NCBI RefSeq assembly: GCF_000372725.1
Contig: NW_005201102.1
Coordinates: 62,001-126,000, forward strand
DNA: 64,000 nt
DNA from: Emiliania huxleyi CCMP1516
Taxonomy: Eukaryota
Direction: 5' to 3'
In this document: positions 49,542-61,384 of the stretch, one piece after another
Layout of the letters: each line of letters starts with the position of its first letter
Numbering within the stretch: the stretch's first letter is position 1
Translations under genes and position numbers: made by a program
The notes under the pieces: generated by a model
Told to the model about the DNA's origin: nothing
What the model saw: only the letters and a program-made list of their open reading frames with translations
Databases searched by the model: none

Positions 49542-52500
49542 TCAGGCGCGCTGCTCGACGCGCGACTCGAGCGCCTTGAGCTCCTTGAGCTCCATGACAT
49601 ACCTACAGGTGCAGTCGCGCCGCGGTCAAGTCCGCCGCCCTGACGTGGCGTGTGCCCGACGCGAGGCGGCGCGGTCGCACCGCTGCGGCGTGAGCAGCGC
49701 GGTCGCGCCGAGCATCACGTCGCACCCCATCTCGCGCCCAAGCTCGTGCAGCTCTCGTGCCTCCGCGTACGTCACGCCGCCCGCCACAAAGACGACCAGA
49801 CGCCGCCCTCCTACGCGCAACCGCCACGTCGCCTGAGAGGGCGGACTTGGCACGCGGGCCGCTCCGCGAGCGAGAGGGGCGGTGCCGCCCCCCGCTCCGC
49901 CCGCCGCGCCGGCGGGCTCGGCCGCCGCGTCCGTCGCCCAGCTGGGCAGCCCGGCCGCCTCGTGGGTCGGCGTCGCCGCGGCGCTGGCGGCGAGATGTGG
50001 CCTCATGTACCTGGCAGTGTGAGTGGTGGGTGTGAAGACTATAGCCCGGCTATAGTCGCGATCTGCCTGCGTGCGTACGAGCTCACTAGTCTAGAGCTCG
50101 CACTAGAGGCCGTCATCGCATTCGCCTTGCTGGGACCCAGTGCCGACTTCTGACTGTCGTCGCTGTCTCTCTCTCTTGTCGACCTGTCTGTGTGCGTGTG
50201 CGGTCTTGGGCCCCGGGGCTGTGTCTTTGCGTGAAGCGGCCAGCGTCTGGGGGCGGGAAGTCGGCTGGCCCAGCCGCGTGTTCAGAGCACCGCGTGAGGG
50301 CGAGGGCTAGGGGGACAGGGAGTGCAGCGGAGTACGGCCGGAGACGACGGGAGACGCATCCTCTCGAGCGCTGCTCGGGGGAGGCACGGGCCAGTACCTC
50401 GCCATCTCTCGCCGTCTAGGCACGAGACAGGGGGGGGAGAGGGGGAGAGGTTCCGCTTCTAGGGGTGCGGCACGGGAAGTCGTCCGACGGAAGCTCGCCG
50501 GAGAGAGCGCGCTGCGCCAGGCTGCGTAGCGGCGGCGTGAAGCGCGAGACGTCGTACCCCGACTCGCGCACCGGTGCGGCGGACGCGGCGGGCTCAACAG
50601 CCGGCTCCGGCTGCTTTCTCTGCGGCGGCTTTGGCGGCTTGAGTCCGTGCGTCAGGTTGACGTTGAGGTGGAAGAGGTTGAGGATGGCAACCTGGCGGGC
50701 GGGGCAGGGGCGGGGGGAGGGGGGGGGTGAGGTGGTGTGGGTGGGTGGGGTGGGGTGGGGTGGGGTGGGGTGGGGTGGGGCAGGGGGCTCTGGCCAGGCT
50801 GCACGTGCAGAGCGGGTGGTGGGGGGGCGGGGGTGTGCTCCTGGTCCTCTGGCTGGATGCCCGCCAGCTCGAAGAGCTCGCGCCGCACCTCGGGCTTGAT
50901 CCCCTCCTGCTCACAGCGAGGGGGTGTGAAGAGACGCCGCTCACAGCCTCGCGCCCCCCACGGCCGCGTGGTCCCCGCTCCTGCGTCACCACGTACACCA
51001 TCAGCAGCCTCAGCGCGTCGATCGGCGAGCGCGCCGTCGCGTCGTCGGCGAGGAGGGAGCGCAGGTCGGCGAGCGGGGAGGTGCACGGCTTGCCGTCCGG
51101 GCTGCTGCCGCACGCCATCGCCTGCTCGAGCAGCGCCGCCGCCTGTGGGGAACGGAGGAGGGGAGAGGGGAGTCGGGAGGGAGGGAGAGGGGGGGGAAAG
51201 AAGAGGAGGAGAGGGGAGGGGGAGGGGGAGGGGAAAGGGAGAGAGGAGAGGAGAGGAGACAGAAGACGACGGGGAGGAGAGACCAGACGCCCGCCTCGAG
51301 CCCGAAGGCCTCGTAGCGCGAGACGAGCTCGGAGACGAGGGAGATGTGCAGCGACCAGCGCCCCATCGCCTCTTGGAACTTCGGCATCGCGCGCAGCCCG
51401 GCGGCCATCTCCGACAGGTCGGCGTTGCCGCTCGCGAGGCCGGCCGACGCCTCGTTGTCTCGCAGAAAGGCCTTGTAGTCCGCGTCGAGCTCGACCGTGA
51501 GGTCTGCGATGTGCATGTGCCGGTAGCGCAGCCAGAGCGGGTCCGCCTCGTTGAGAAGGACCTGCAGGGAGAGTTCCGAGAAGCTTCCGAGAAGCTTCCG
51601 ACACGTCCACGCGTTGGTCGCGCCACCTCGCGGCCCTTCTCGCCGCCTGGTACTCTCTCGGCTCCTCTCGGGCCACCTCGGGTGACCTCGGGTGATCTCG
51701 GGTGATCTCGGGCCATCTCGTGGTGATCTCGTGGTGATCTCGGGCCATCTCGGGCCATCTCGGGCCATCTCGGGCCACCTCGGGCCACCTCGGGCGATCT
51801 CGGGTGATCTCGGGCCACCTCGGGCCATCTCGGGTGATCTCGGGCCATCTCGGGCCATCTCGGGCCATCTCGGGCCACCTCGGGCCACCTCGGGCGATCT
51901 CGGGTGATCTCGGGCCACCTCGGGCCATCTCGGGTGATCTCGGGCCATCTCGGGCCTCCACCTCCTTCGAGAGGCTCTGCCCGCTGTTGCCGACGTACGT
52001 GTAGCGGTAGCGGTCGCCCTCAGCGACGGGGAGCAGGTCGTGCACCATCGCCTGGTAGGTGAACTCGTGCAGCAGCGGCGAGAGCGGGTCGAAGGCGCGG
52101 TCGAGCACGAGCAGCAGGGGCGGCGGCGCGCCGCTCGCCGCCTCCTCGACAGCCGGGAGGGCGCCCGCCCGATCGAGCGCGTCGAGCTTCTCCTGCAGGT
52201 GCAACTCTCGCTGAGGCGATCTCGCGTGATCTCGGGCGATCTCGTGCGATCTCGCGTGATCTCGCGTGATCTCGCGTGATCTCGAGGCGGCTCCTGCGTG
52301 GCGCAGGCGATGGCGGCGGCGACGGCGGAGGTAGCGGCGCGCACGATCGGTGCGGCGCCGAGGGTGGTGAAGAGGGTGGCAAGCGAGGTGCCGATCTTGT
52401 GCACCTGCGGGGGCGCGTCGTGGGCGTGTCGGGGACGCGTCGTGGGCGTGTTGTGGGACGTGTCGTGGGCGTGTCGTGGGCGTGTCGTGTGCGTGTCGTG

Positions 52501-53688
52501 GGACGTGTCGTGGGCGTGTCGTGGGCGTGTTGTGGGCGTGTCGTGGACGTGTCTGGTGGGGAGCGGACGCTGATGCCGGCGCACTTGTGGATGGATGAAT
52601 GGATGAATGAATGATGTGTGGCTTCGGTGTGAATCGACAGATGAGGCGACGTGTGGTTCCGATCCGGGCACCGTGGAGAGAGAGAGTGAGGTGAGGAGAG
52701 TGTGAGGTGGGGAGAGTGAGCTGCGGTGTGGGGAGAGAGTGAGTCGAGGAGAGCACCTCGTGCAGCCTCGCGCGCTTGGCCGGCTTGTCTGTGTCGATGC
52801 GGAAGAGTGTCGCGAGGGCAGACGGGGCGCCTTCGGGGGAGAGGGGCGGCGATTGGGAGGAGGAGAGAGAGGCGGCAGGGAGGAGGAGGAGGAGGAGGAG
52901 GAGGGGAGGAGCAGCTGCGGCGAGAGGGAGGGAGGAGCAGCAGAGAGGGAGGGAGGAGCAGCTGCGGCGAGAGGGCGGGAGGAGCAGCTGCGGCGAGAAG
53001 CGCGCCCGGCGAGGGGGAGATATGGGGAGATGCGGCGGGGAGATATGGCGAGAGGCGCGCCCGGCGAGGGGGAGACAGCAAAGAGGTCGGCCTCGCGGAG
53101 CGAGAACTCGAGGTGCACCTCCTTGAAGGAACGGACCCGTGGCATCGCTGGCGAGGCCTTGAGCTTGGCGACCAGCGCGTCCGACACGCGCGACGAGAAG
53201 AAGAGGTGCGCGCTGGCGTACGCGGGAGCCTTTGGGTTGCGAAAGTCGTCGATGAGGCGGCCGAGCGACTCGACCGACGGGGTGAGGAAGTAGAGCGCGG
53301 GCAGCGAGGTCAGCTGCTGCCGGCGCAGGTAGTTTCCGTCCGGCCCTCGCATCGTGATGTGCTCCACCAGGTGCACGCCCGCCTCCATCAGCTCCGACAC
53401 GCGGAAGAGCGACGAGATGACGGGCATGGTGACGCCGTCGACCAGCAGGACCGCCCCGCAGGGCATCGCGCGCAGCGTCCCGAACACCTCTGACACCAGG
53501 CGCTGCCTCGCGCGGTCGCGCAGCGACGGGCCGCCAGAGCCCGACGGCGGCCCGTCTCGCGCAGACACGCGCTCGAGGCTGTACACATCGGCGTAGGCCG
53601 CGAGGCTGGACCCGGCCGGCGCGTCGGCGGCCGGGCCAGCCTCGACCGCCTCCGCCTTCTTTTTTCTCCGGAAGAGCGAAGGGGGCAT
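49542..53688 (-). CDS. Sec1/Munc18 (SM) family syntaxin-binding protein, many exons
   Basis: [106 protein letters not shown]. Confidence 0.92.
51665..51955. repeat. 10-bp intronic tandem repeat (GATCTCGGGC/CCATCTCGGG)
   Basis: Direct inspection; related arrays at 5725-5822, 29888-29905, 52217-52283. Confidence 0.9.
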
Positions 53689-54195
53689 CGCACGAGCTTG
53701 TAAGAAGAAGGCCGAGGCGAGGCGGCCGTCGAAGGCCGTCAAGGAGGCCCCCTCTCGTCTTTTCTGCCTGATCCCGTTGACTCCGCCTCTGTCTGGCGAT
53801 CCCACACCCGACTCCCCGGGTGGGGGCGGCGGCATCACTCGTCGCCACCCCTCTCCGGGAGGTCGGGCCGGCTCACCCTGGTCAGCGAGCCGCGCCCGCA
53901 CCCGTGGCCTCTCTATCGTTCTCGGCTCGCCCCCCCCTTCCTCCTGCTCCTCACTAAACTCGAGAAGGCGCGGTCCCTCTTGTCGTAAATCACGGCGGTC
54001 TATCCGACAAAGCAAGAACTGAGGGCATTCGACCCGCTGCATCTCTCGTGCAGCACGTGCACGCGCCTCGGCGTTGACCGCGGCAACCTGGGAGGAGGCG
54101 CCAAACAAGGAAGGCCGTCTGCTCGTCGATGACGGCGCCCCACTCGGCAGGCAGCTACTGAAGCATCCAGAGAGTCCTCGACGAGGGGCGTCCCA

Positions 54196-54984
54196 ATGCT
54201 GTGTGCGCTTTGCTGCGCCTGTGACGCTCGTACTCCGCCTCAGGACGTCGATTTCGTCGACCGTGGTGCCTTTGCGCTCCTCGGCTTTCAGCGCCTCGGC
54301 AACCCGCTCTACCACAACAACTTGAGAAATCCGTACGCGCGCTCGCATGTCTACAAGTGCTGCATGCTCAACCTCTCGCGGCTTAAGGGGATCGACTACG
54401 ACTGCGCCGTCTGGGCGATGGAGGACATCGACTTCAACAAGCGCCTCGTCTGCGACTGCTTCCCTCGCCCTGCGCACGGCCCCGAGGGTAAGCTCTGCTT
54501 TCGCGCAGCGAGCACTCCGCCGCGCGCGTGTGCCTGCTGGAGCGGCGACGCCTCGCGACAGCCCGAGATCCTCTGCAAGATTCGGCGCTTTGGCTTCTAC
54601 CAGAGGAAGTTGCCGGGCGGCGCCTCTGGCACCTCGGACCGCAAGCCGCAGCCGCCGAAGCCGGGGCCGCCGAAGAAGGGCTTGCCTCCACCGGGGCCGT
54701 CGCCAGGACCGCTGAGGCGCGGGCGCGGGCGCGGGCCGAAAGCTTTGCGGTGGCGTGCCTGGCTCACGACGCCGGGAAATGTCGATTGGCGAGGCAAAGA
54801 CGTGGACATCGAACGCATCATTTCGAAGCTCGAGAAGAGCGAAATCGAGATCGACGAGATCGTGCATGAGCTCCAAGGCGGGCGCGACAACTTTGCAAGC
54901 AACGTGCTTAAAGACTGTGGCATTGATCACCCAGGAACTCGACTCAGGTTACTCAAGGGCTTGAGGGAAGCTTTCATGCAGTAA
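54196..54984 (+). CDS. Hypothetical Cys-rich protein with Pro-rich linker and C-terminal SAM-like domain; may have an upstream exon
   Basis: 262 aa ORF; C-terminal IISKLEKSEI...LKDCGIDHPGTRLRLLKGL resembles SAM. Confidence 0.5.
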   Translation: MLCALCCACDARTPPQDVDFVDRGAFALLGFQRLGNPLYHNNLRNPYARSHVYKCCMLNLSRLKGIDYDCAVWAMEDIDFNKRLVCDCFPRPAHGPEGKLCFRAASTPPRACACWSGDASRQPEILCKIRRFGFYQRKLPGGASGTSDRKPQPPKPGPPKKGLPPPGPSPGPLRRGRGRGPKALRWRAWLTTPGNVDWRGKDVDIERIISKLEKSEIEIDEIVHELQGGRDNFASNVLKDCGIDHPGTRLRLLKGLREAFMQ

Positions 54985-55429
54985 GGATGACATGCAGTAA
55001 GGATGGATTTGTCATGTCCGTGACGGACATGACATAGTACGTATCTAAGGTAACAAGCGCTGTGCCCAGGGTTGTGCTTTTGTGTGTCTGTGCTTGTGCG
55101 TCTTGCGCCTGGGACTTTGATTCTTCGGCTAGCGCTCCAAAAATCTAGACCCCTTTGACTTTAAGGAGGCTGCTTTCGCGCGTGCCCAGGTGTTGTAGCG
55201 ACGATGGGGCGCGATAAGTTCTTTTTTCATCTAGGCACAGCGCCTTGTTTACATCCTGCTCGCCGTTCGTGACTGCTGTCACACCGTCGTAGGACAGCTC
55301 CTGCTCGCCGTTCGTGTTTGCTCCGCTGCCCGACCGTCCACGGACCCACGGAGCAGCTCCGGCATGCGGCGGCTCCTCGCCGGCGCTTGGCTGGCGCGGC
55401 AGCTCCTCCTCGCCGCCGCGCGGCCCGTC

Positions 55430-56060
55430 ACCGTCCAGATGACTTCGTCGACCGCCGATTGTAGCCGCGCCGCTCGTCATGCCGCCCGTCATGGTGCCGC
55501 CCTTGCTCGCCTTGCCAACGCTCGTTGCGCCGTCGCAGCTCATCCCGCCGCGGCTCATCGCGCGATCGCGACCGCCATCGCGACTCGTCCCGCCATGGCC
55601 GCCCTTCGCGTCCGTACTCGGCGCGCCGTTGGTCATCACGCCAGCGACGCTCCTCGCCCCGATAGGTCATGCGGTTCTTGTCGAGCGAGCGCGCCGCAAC
55701 ACAAGGACCGCGTCTGTTCACGCCTGCAGCTCTGAGCAGCGGACCCCGCAAAAAGCTGGAACCCTGCCTCTCGAGGCGGTGGTAGCTAAAAGGAAACGTA
55801 CATTAGTTAGGAAGCTATTCATGAGTAGGGTGGTGTATCGCCAGTGGAGGTAGCGCGTCGTCCAGCACGTAGTCGAGGACGATCAGCTCCTCGCCTCCGC
55901 CACCCTCGCCCCGCTCGTCGCCGCCGCCTCCGCCGCCGTCCGCCGCCGTGAAGGAGCGCACGCGCCGCACCCGCTCGATGGTCTCATGGATGCGGGGCAG
56001 CACTTGGTGCATCGTGCGGCGGTACGCGGAGACGCGCAGCACGGCGCCGACCGGCGAGAG
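55430..56060 (-). pseudogene. Degenerate coding fragment with Arg/Asp-rich low-complexity tail
   Basis: VLRVSAYRRTMHQVLPRIHE...LIVLDYVLDD followed by stops, then RRWRDDQRR/RSRSRDEPRR tract. Confidence 0.3.
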
Positions 56061-56393
56061 GACCGGCGAGGTGAGGGTCGGTGGCCGTGCACCAGAGGAG
56101 GAGCGACGCGGCGGAGTGTCACGTCGCAAAGGCATCAAGCAGTCTCGATGGACCGTAGATCCGTAGTGAGCATCTGACCATCCCCAGCATGCAGCACCAA
56201 TAAGAGAGATATTTTTTAGCAATACCAAACAACTCTAACACTCACACATCATTTGGGGCTGGAGCCCCTGGTAATTGATCTTTGCCCCTGAAGACTGCGC
56301 GTTATGCTTGTTTAAGCCCTGTTCAAGCGCGCGCGAGACATGCAGACAGGGTTGCCAGGTGAGAGCGAATGGCGTGGTTCTCTCTCAAACACT

Positions 56394-56672
56394 AGGCACG
56401 GGACTGGCGTGCTCTGGCACTACATACATGCACATAGCAGTTGTTTGGTATTGCTAAAAATCTCTCTCTCTACATGCACATGTCATGCACATGGAACACA
56501 GGTACAAAAGGGAAAGAATTTGCATTGCGTTTGAGGAAAGCTGGCTTGTTTCATCCAGAGCTCGGCGCCTGCAGTCTGATGTCTGTCTGTCCTGCCTGTG
56601 CGTCGCCCAGTCGTTCGTTTTTCTTGTTCACAGTGTGTCTCTGAGACGCCGGAGTCGGCTGGCTATCTCGGT
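56394..56672 (+). repeat. Dispersed repeat copy A (related copies 58064-58336, 60848-60898, 61227-61277)
   Basis: Shared collinear blocks AGGCACGGGACTG, GGCACTA, CAGGTACA, AAAGAATTTGCATT, AGCTCGGCGCCTG, GAGTCGGCTGGCTATCTCGGT. Confidence 0.75.
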
Positions 56673-56850
56673 GTGAAGCCGTCAGGGTCCACCAAAGTGT
56701 GAACCAGCGCATAGCGCCATATCTAGAGCAGACGTATGGAGCACTTGGAGCACTTGGAGTATTTTCGTCTCATTTAACCCTCGATTCCTCCCTCACGGCC
56801 TGCAGCCTCACTTCCGCCGTCGCTCGGCGCGTCCCGCAGGTCAACCAGTG

Positions 56851-57979
56851 ATGGTCACCGTGCAGGGTGCCAACAAGCTGATCGTCTTCTCGCTCGTTGC
56901 GCTCTGCAACGTTCTGCCTGGCGTCATCGCGGCCAACTCGGACGAGAAGTACAGGAGCACTTTCTTGGCGACTGGCTGCTGCAACTCGCAGCCGATAACT
57001 TGGTGGTGCGTGGTGGACAACGCAGAGCACGAGCACAGTTCTTTCTGATATGTACGCCTACTGCACTCTCGTGGCCGAGGGCCGCGCAGATAAGAGGCAG
57101 GAACGCACATGCGGCTGCCGTGAGGGAGCCACCCCGACCTGCGTCCGTCAGACGGCATGGACATACTATCTACCGCCGCCTTCGCCGCCTTCGTCGCCGC
57201 CGCCCTTGCCGCCGCCATCGCCGCCGCCATCGCCGCCGCCGCCGCCGCCATCGCCTCCTCCCGACGTGGCGCTGGATTCACCGCATGCGATCATCGCCGG
57301 CGTGCTCACAAATGTCACCGTTCGCGGGTCGTTCGTGGCCGAGGGCGACTGGCTGGTCTTGCTATTGTCCGGCACACCCGACTGCACGGGTGCGACGCGA
57401 GAGCGGTCGATCCAGGGTGGCCAGATGTTGGCAGGCTGGGTGATGGTCACGGTGCCCCAGCCAGGGAGTTACAAAGTGTGCCATTCGGCGTCGCACATCC
57501 CCACCACGGACGCTCACTTTGCCTTCCTCTCCAATGTCATCGTGGACGCGTTCGCGGGGCCGCCACCGCCGCCGAAACCTAAGCAATCAGTTCCCATCAC
57601 GGAAGAGGCCAAGATAGCCATCATCGCCGGGTCCGCAAGTGGCGCGCTCGTGCTCCTCCTCGTTGGCCTCTCTGGCCTTGTGATCTGGCGACGCAGGCCG
57701 GCGCATGTGAGGCGTCGCACCGAGCGTCGCGTCGCCACGCGGGGGCTTCTCTCCGCCAGCACTGAAGGCGCCGCCGAGATGGGCCTGGCACCGCTCGTAG
57801 TGCGTGACGTTGCCGACGCTGGCGGCCTGGATACCCTCGCCAACAAGCTTGCGAAGGCGATGGATAAGCGCACCGCGTCCAGATGTCACCGCCCGATGCC
57901 TCGCAACAGCACCGGGGTGATCAAGGTCACGATGCAGTCGACGCCGCCACCGGAGGATGGCGACCAGTGGGGTGCATGA
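56851..57979 (+). CDS. Type I membrane protein: signal peptide, Cys-rich module, poly-Pro, extracellular domain, TM; frameshift near 56998
   Basis: LIVFSLVALCNVLPGVIAA signal; PPPSPP tract; IAIIAGSASGALVLLLVGLSGLVIWRRR TM. Confidence 0.55.
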
Positions 57980-58469
57980 TCGCCGTCTTCTAGAGGCACG
58001 GGACTGGGACAGAGTGTTTGTGTTGCGGGACTGGTGCACTGGCACTACACAATCACAAACATTAGGCACGGGACTGTCGCGCACTGGCTGGCACTAAATC
58101 AGGTACACCAGGAAAAGAATTCTTAAAATACAAGCCTCTCTCACAGCAGTCAGCACACTGGCACGACAAGGGCGCGGACTGGCACACTCACGAAAAGAAT
58201 TTGCATTACCTTGCTGTGAAGGGAAAGGTTGTTTCACTTGTTGTTTCATGCGAAGCTCGGCGCCTGTCCTGTTGCTGAATCGTTTTCACAGTGCCGAATC
58301 GTTTTCACAGTACGCGAGTCGGCTGGCTATCTCGGTCAGACGCCATCCAGGCCCTCGGCCCTCGGCCCTCGGCCCAGGCGCACCCCGCGTCCGCTGACTC
58401 ACCCCGCGTCCATTCGCAGGCGCGCGAGATCGATCCGTGTGCCTCCCGCGTCCTCTGGCACAACGCACC

Positions 58470-60007
58470 ATGCGGGTCCTCATCTTTTGCGTCGGCACCC
58501 GAGGTGACGTCGAGCCCTTCATCGCGCTGGCGCGGGCGGCTGAGGCAGCCGGGCACGACGCTTTGGTCTGTTCGACGCATGAGCACGAGGACCTCTGCGC
58601 ACGTTCCAAGGTCTCGTTTGCGTCCGTCGGCGAGTCCATCGCAGATGATCCAGAGATGTTCAAGATCGCTTCGACATCTCTGGCCGCATTCGAGGCGGGG
58701 AAGATCACTGCCGCCGAGATGCAGAAGCAGCAAATGGCCATGCTGACGACCGTCCTCGGTCGCGTCAGCCTTCCGCATTCACGGGCCCTCATGGCGATTC
58801 TGGACGCCGCGGCCTCGGAAGGAAAGCCTTTCGACCTCGCGATCGCAACCATACTCGGCCACCGGAGTATTCAGCCGCACCTTGAAGCTCGTAACCTCGT
58901 CTTCCTACCACCTGCCGATGCAAGGAAGGGCGGAGGGCTTCCTCGGCTCGAACCTGATGTGGTGGTATCGCAAGGCCATATGGGGCGCATTCCAGCGACT
59001 AGTGTGGGGCGCATTCCTCGAGAAGAATGTCAACGAGAGTCGCACGCTCGCGGGCCTTGACACGCTGTCGTACGTCAGCGAGTACTATGCGCGCATGCAC
59101 CGCGCGCCGACGATTCTGGGCTATCTTGAGGAGCTCACGCCGACGCCATACCCGCCAAAAACGAATGAGCTACGCGACGTGCGCGCACAGGGCGTCTTGA
59201 TGCTCGACGACCACGCCCGATCGAAGCGCGAGGCGCTACCCGCCGACCTCGAGGCTTTCCTCGCAGCAGGGCCACCTCCCGTTTACATTGGCTTTGGCTC
59301 GATGCGCCTCGCCGCGCGCCACGTGACGATGGTCGTGCTGCAGGTGACATTTGTCGTCGGCTCGAGCCCCCCCCCCAACATCTTTCCCTGTTTCTCACGT
59401 GTGCTGCGCACCGGCTCACGTTTTGCCCGCGTGTGCGCGCAGGCCGTGAAGCAGGCGGGCGGGCGCTGCGTGCTCGCGGCCGGCTGGGCGGAGCTTGGCA
59501 CGCATCAGCTCGACCCGGCGTCTGATGGCACCGCAGAGCTGCTCAGCTTCGCCAAGTCGAGCGTCTTCGAGATTTCGAGCGTCGACCACCGGATGCTGCT
59601 CCCGCGGTGCGCGAGCGCCGTCTGCCATGCGGGCGCGGGCACGTTTGCCGCGGTCCTCCTCGCGGGCATCCCGATCATCGCGTGCCCGTTTGCGTTCGAT
59701 CAATTCGGTTTCGCGCGTGCGGGCGTCGGCGCCGGTGTATCGCCTGGCTTCGCGCCACTCGGCCGACGTGCTTGCAGATCTCATCCTCAAGGCGGCCGCC
59801 GAGCGGCCGCAGATGGAGCCCAATCTCAAGCGCATCCAGGCGGCCATGTCGCCGCCCGATCGAACCGCCAAGGCCGCCGTCGCCGCCATGGTGGACGTCC
59901 TGCGTGAGCACAAGGAGGAGTCGATGTGGACGCGGCCCGTGCCCGAGGATATACAGCCGATCCGCTTCAGCATGGGGGACGCCATGTCCATGTGCCTGTC
60001 GCGTTGA
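58470..60007 (+). CDS. GT1 UDP-glycosyltransferase (sterol 3-beta-glucosyltransferase-like); one intron and two apparent frameshifts
   Basis: GTRGDVEPFIALA, PPPVYIGFGSM, HAGAGT..VLLAGIPIIACPFAFDQ. Confidence 0.85.
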
Positions 60008-61384
60008 GGCCAACTCGACCACGGGCGGCACGGTCATGATGTGCCGGAGCTCAGCCCGCGCGGGCGATGGATGGCATGCTCTTGTCTCGCTCCTATAGCA
60101 GAATCCAGAAACAGTAGGGGGAGGGCTCCCAGGGCTTGGAGGATTTTTCAGTTGCAACCATTTCGAGATCCACACACTCCCTATTGCTATAGCCTATACC
60201 CTATGCCTAACACAGATCTATCTGTGTGATCTGAAGAAAGGAAACAAGGGTTGACAAGGGGAGGGGCTAGTGCCATTTCACTCTGACACGCTAAATCTTG
60301 AAAACGTCTCCAACGGAGCTCCGTGTTGCTTCCAGCGCCCACACGCCCCGCCCTACACACCCACACGCCCGCGAGCCCGCTCTGCCCCCCCCCCCCCCCC
60401 CTCTCACAAGACCCCACACACGGTCTCGTCCGTGCCTTGCGGCCGGCGACGAGATTGCTAGAGGCGGAGCAAGCCTGCTCTAGTCTCACACGTTCGCCCC
60501 TGTCGCCTGTCTGTGTTGTTGTGCTGTTGTTTGTCTCTTGGCACCTTGGAGTGCTGGGGGGGGCGACAGGGGGGACGTGGCCTGAGTGATGTGTACGCCC
60601 ACTCAGGATGTGTGGCAGCCCGCTGGCTGTGTGTCTTGTGAGCTTGTTTGTGTCTGTGTGTCGCTCGTGCGTGTCGTCATCATCTGTCTTGCGTCCACCC
60701 ATACCGCGTTGGTGTCCAGTCCGAGCCTGACTGTTCTTCACCTTACTACATACCCCCCTCTCCCTCGCCTCCTTTGTGGGCCGCCGCACAACACTCACCC
60801 AGTCTTGGAAGAAGAGAAGTAAAATTCTTCTTTGCACGACACTGGGCGGCACGGGACTGGCGCGCACTGGCACTAACACAGGTACACCACGGGAGCCGTA
60901 AGAAAAAGAAAGAAAACAGGCAAAGGAAGTATGGGAGCCTAGGCACTGCACTCCGACCGGAAATTCTTCTTCGCGTGTGCCGGTGATAGTACTAGCACGC
61001 GCCAGTTCGCACCTGTGTCGAGCTCTGTGAATAAATAAATACAACGGACATCCCAAGCTAGGGCTGGGTCGAGGACAGACACGTCCCCACCTTTGCAGGA
61101 TTTTGCAAAAGCGAGGGGGGAGCTCTGTGCTGTGAGAGAGAGTTGGCTGTTTAATTCTTCTTCGTGGCGGGGGTGGGCGGGTGCACGGAGCTAAGTGCCT
61201 CGCCACCCTCGCAGGAGTCGCTTAGGCGGCTCCCGTGGTGTACCTGTGTTAGTGCCAGTGCGCGCCAGTCCCGTGCCCAGTGTTGTGCGAGGGAGTTTTG
61301 TTGTAGGGCTCTAAGATTCTTCTGTGTCGAACCTGTGTGCTGTGCGAGAGAGTTGTTTTTGTTGAATTCTTCTTCGCTGCCGCC

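Noticed and set aside
50594..54930. 1306-aa and 1084-aa ORFs as single proteins
   Set aside because: Read-through of stop-poor GC-rich introns; only the Sec1 exon segments carry family motifs
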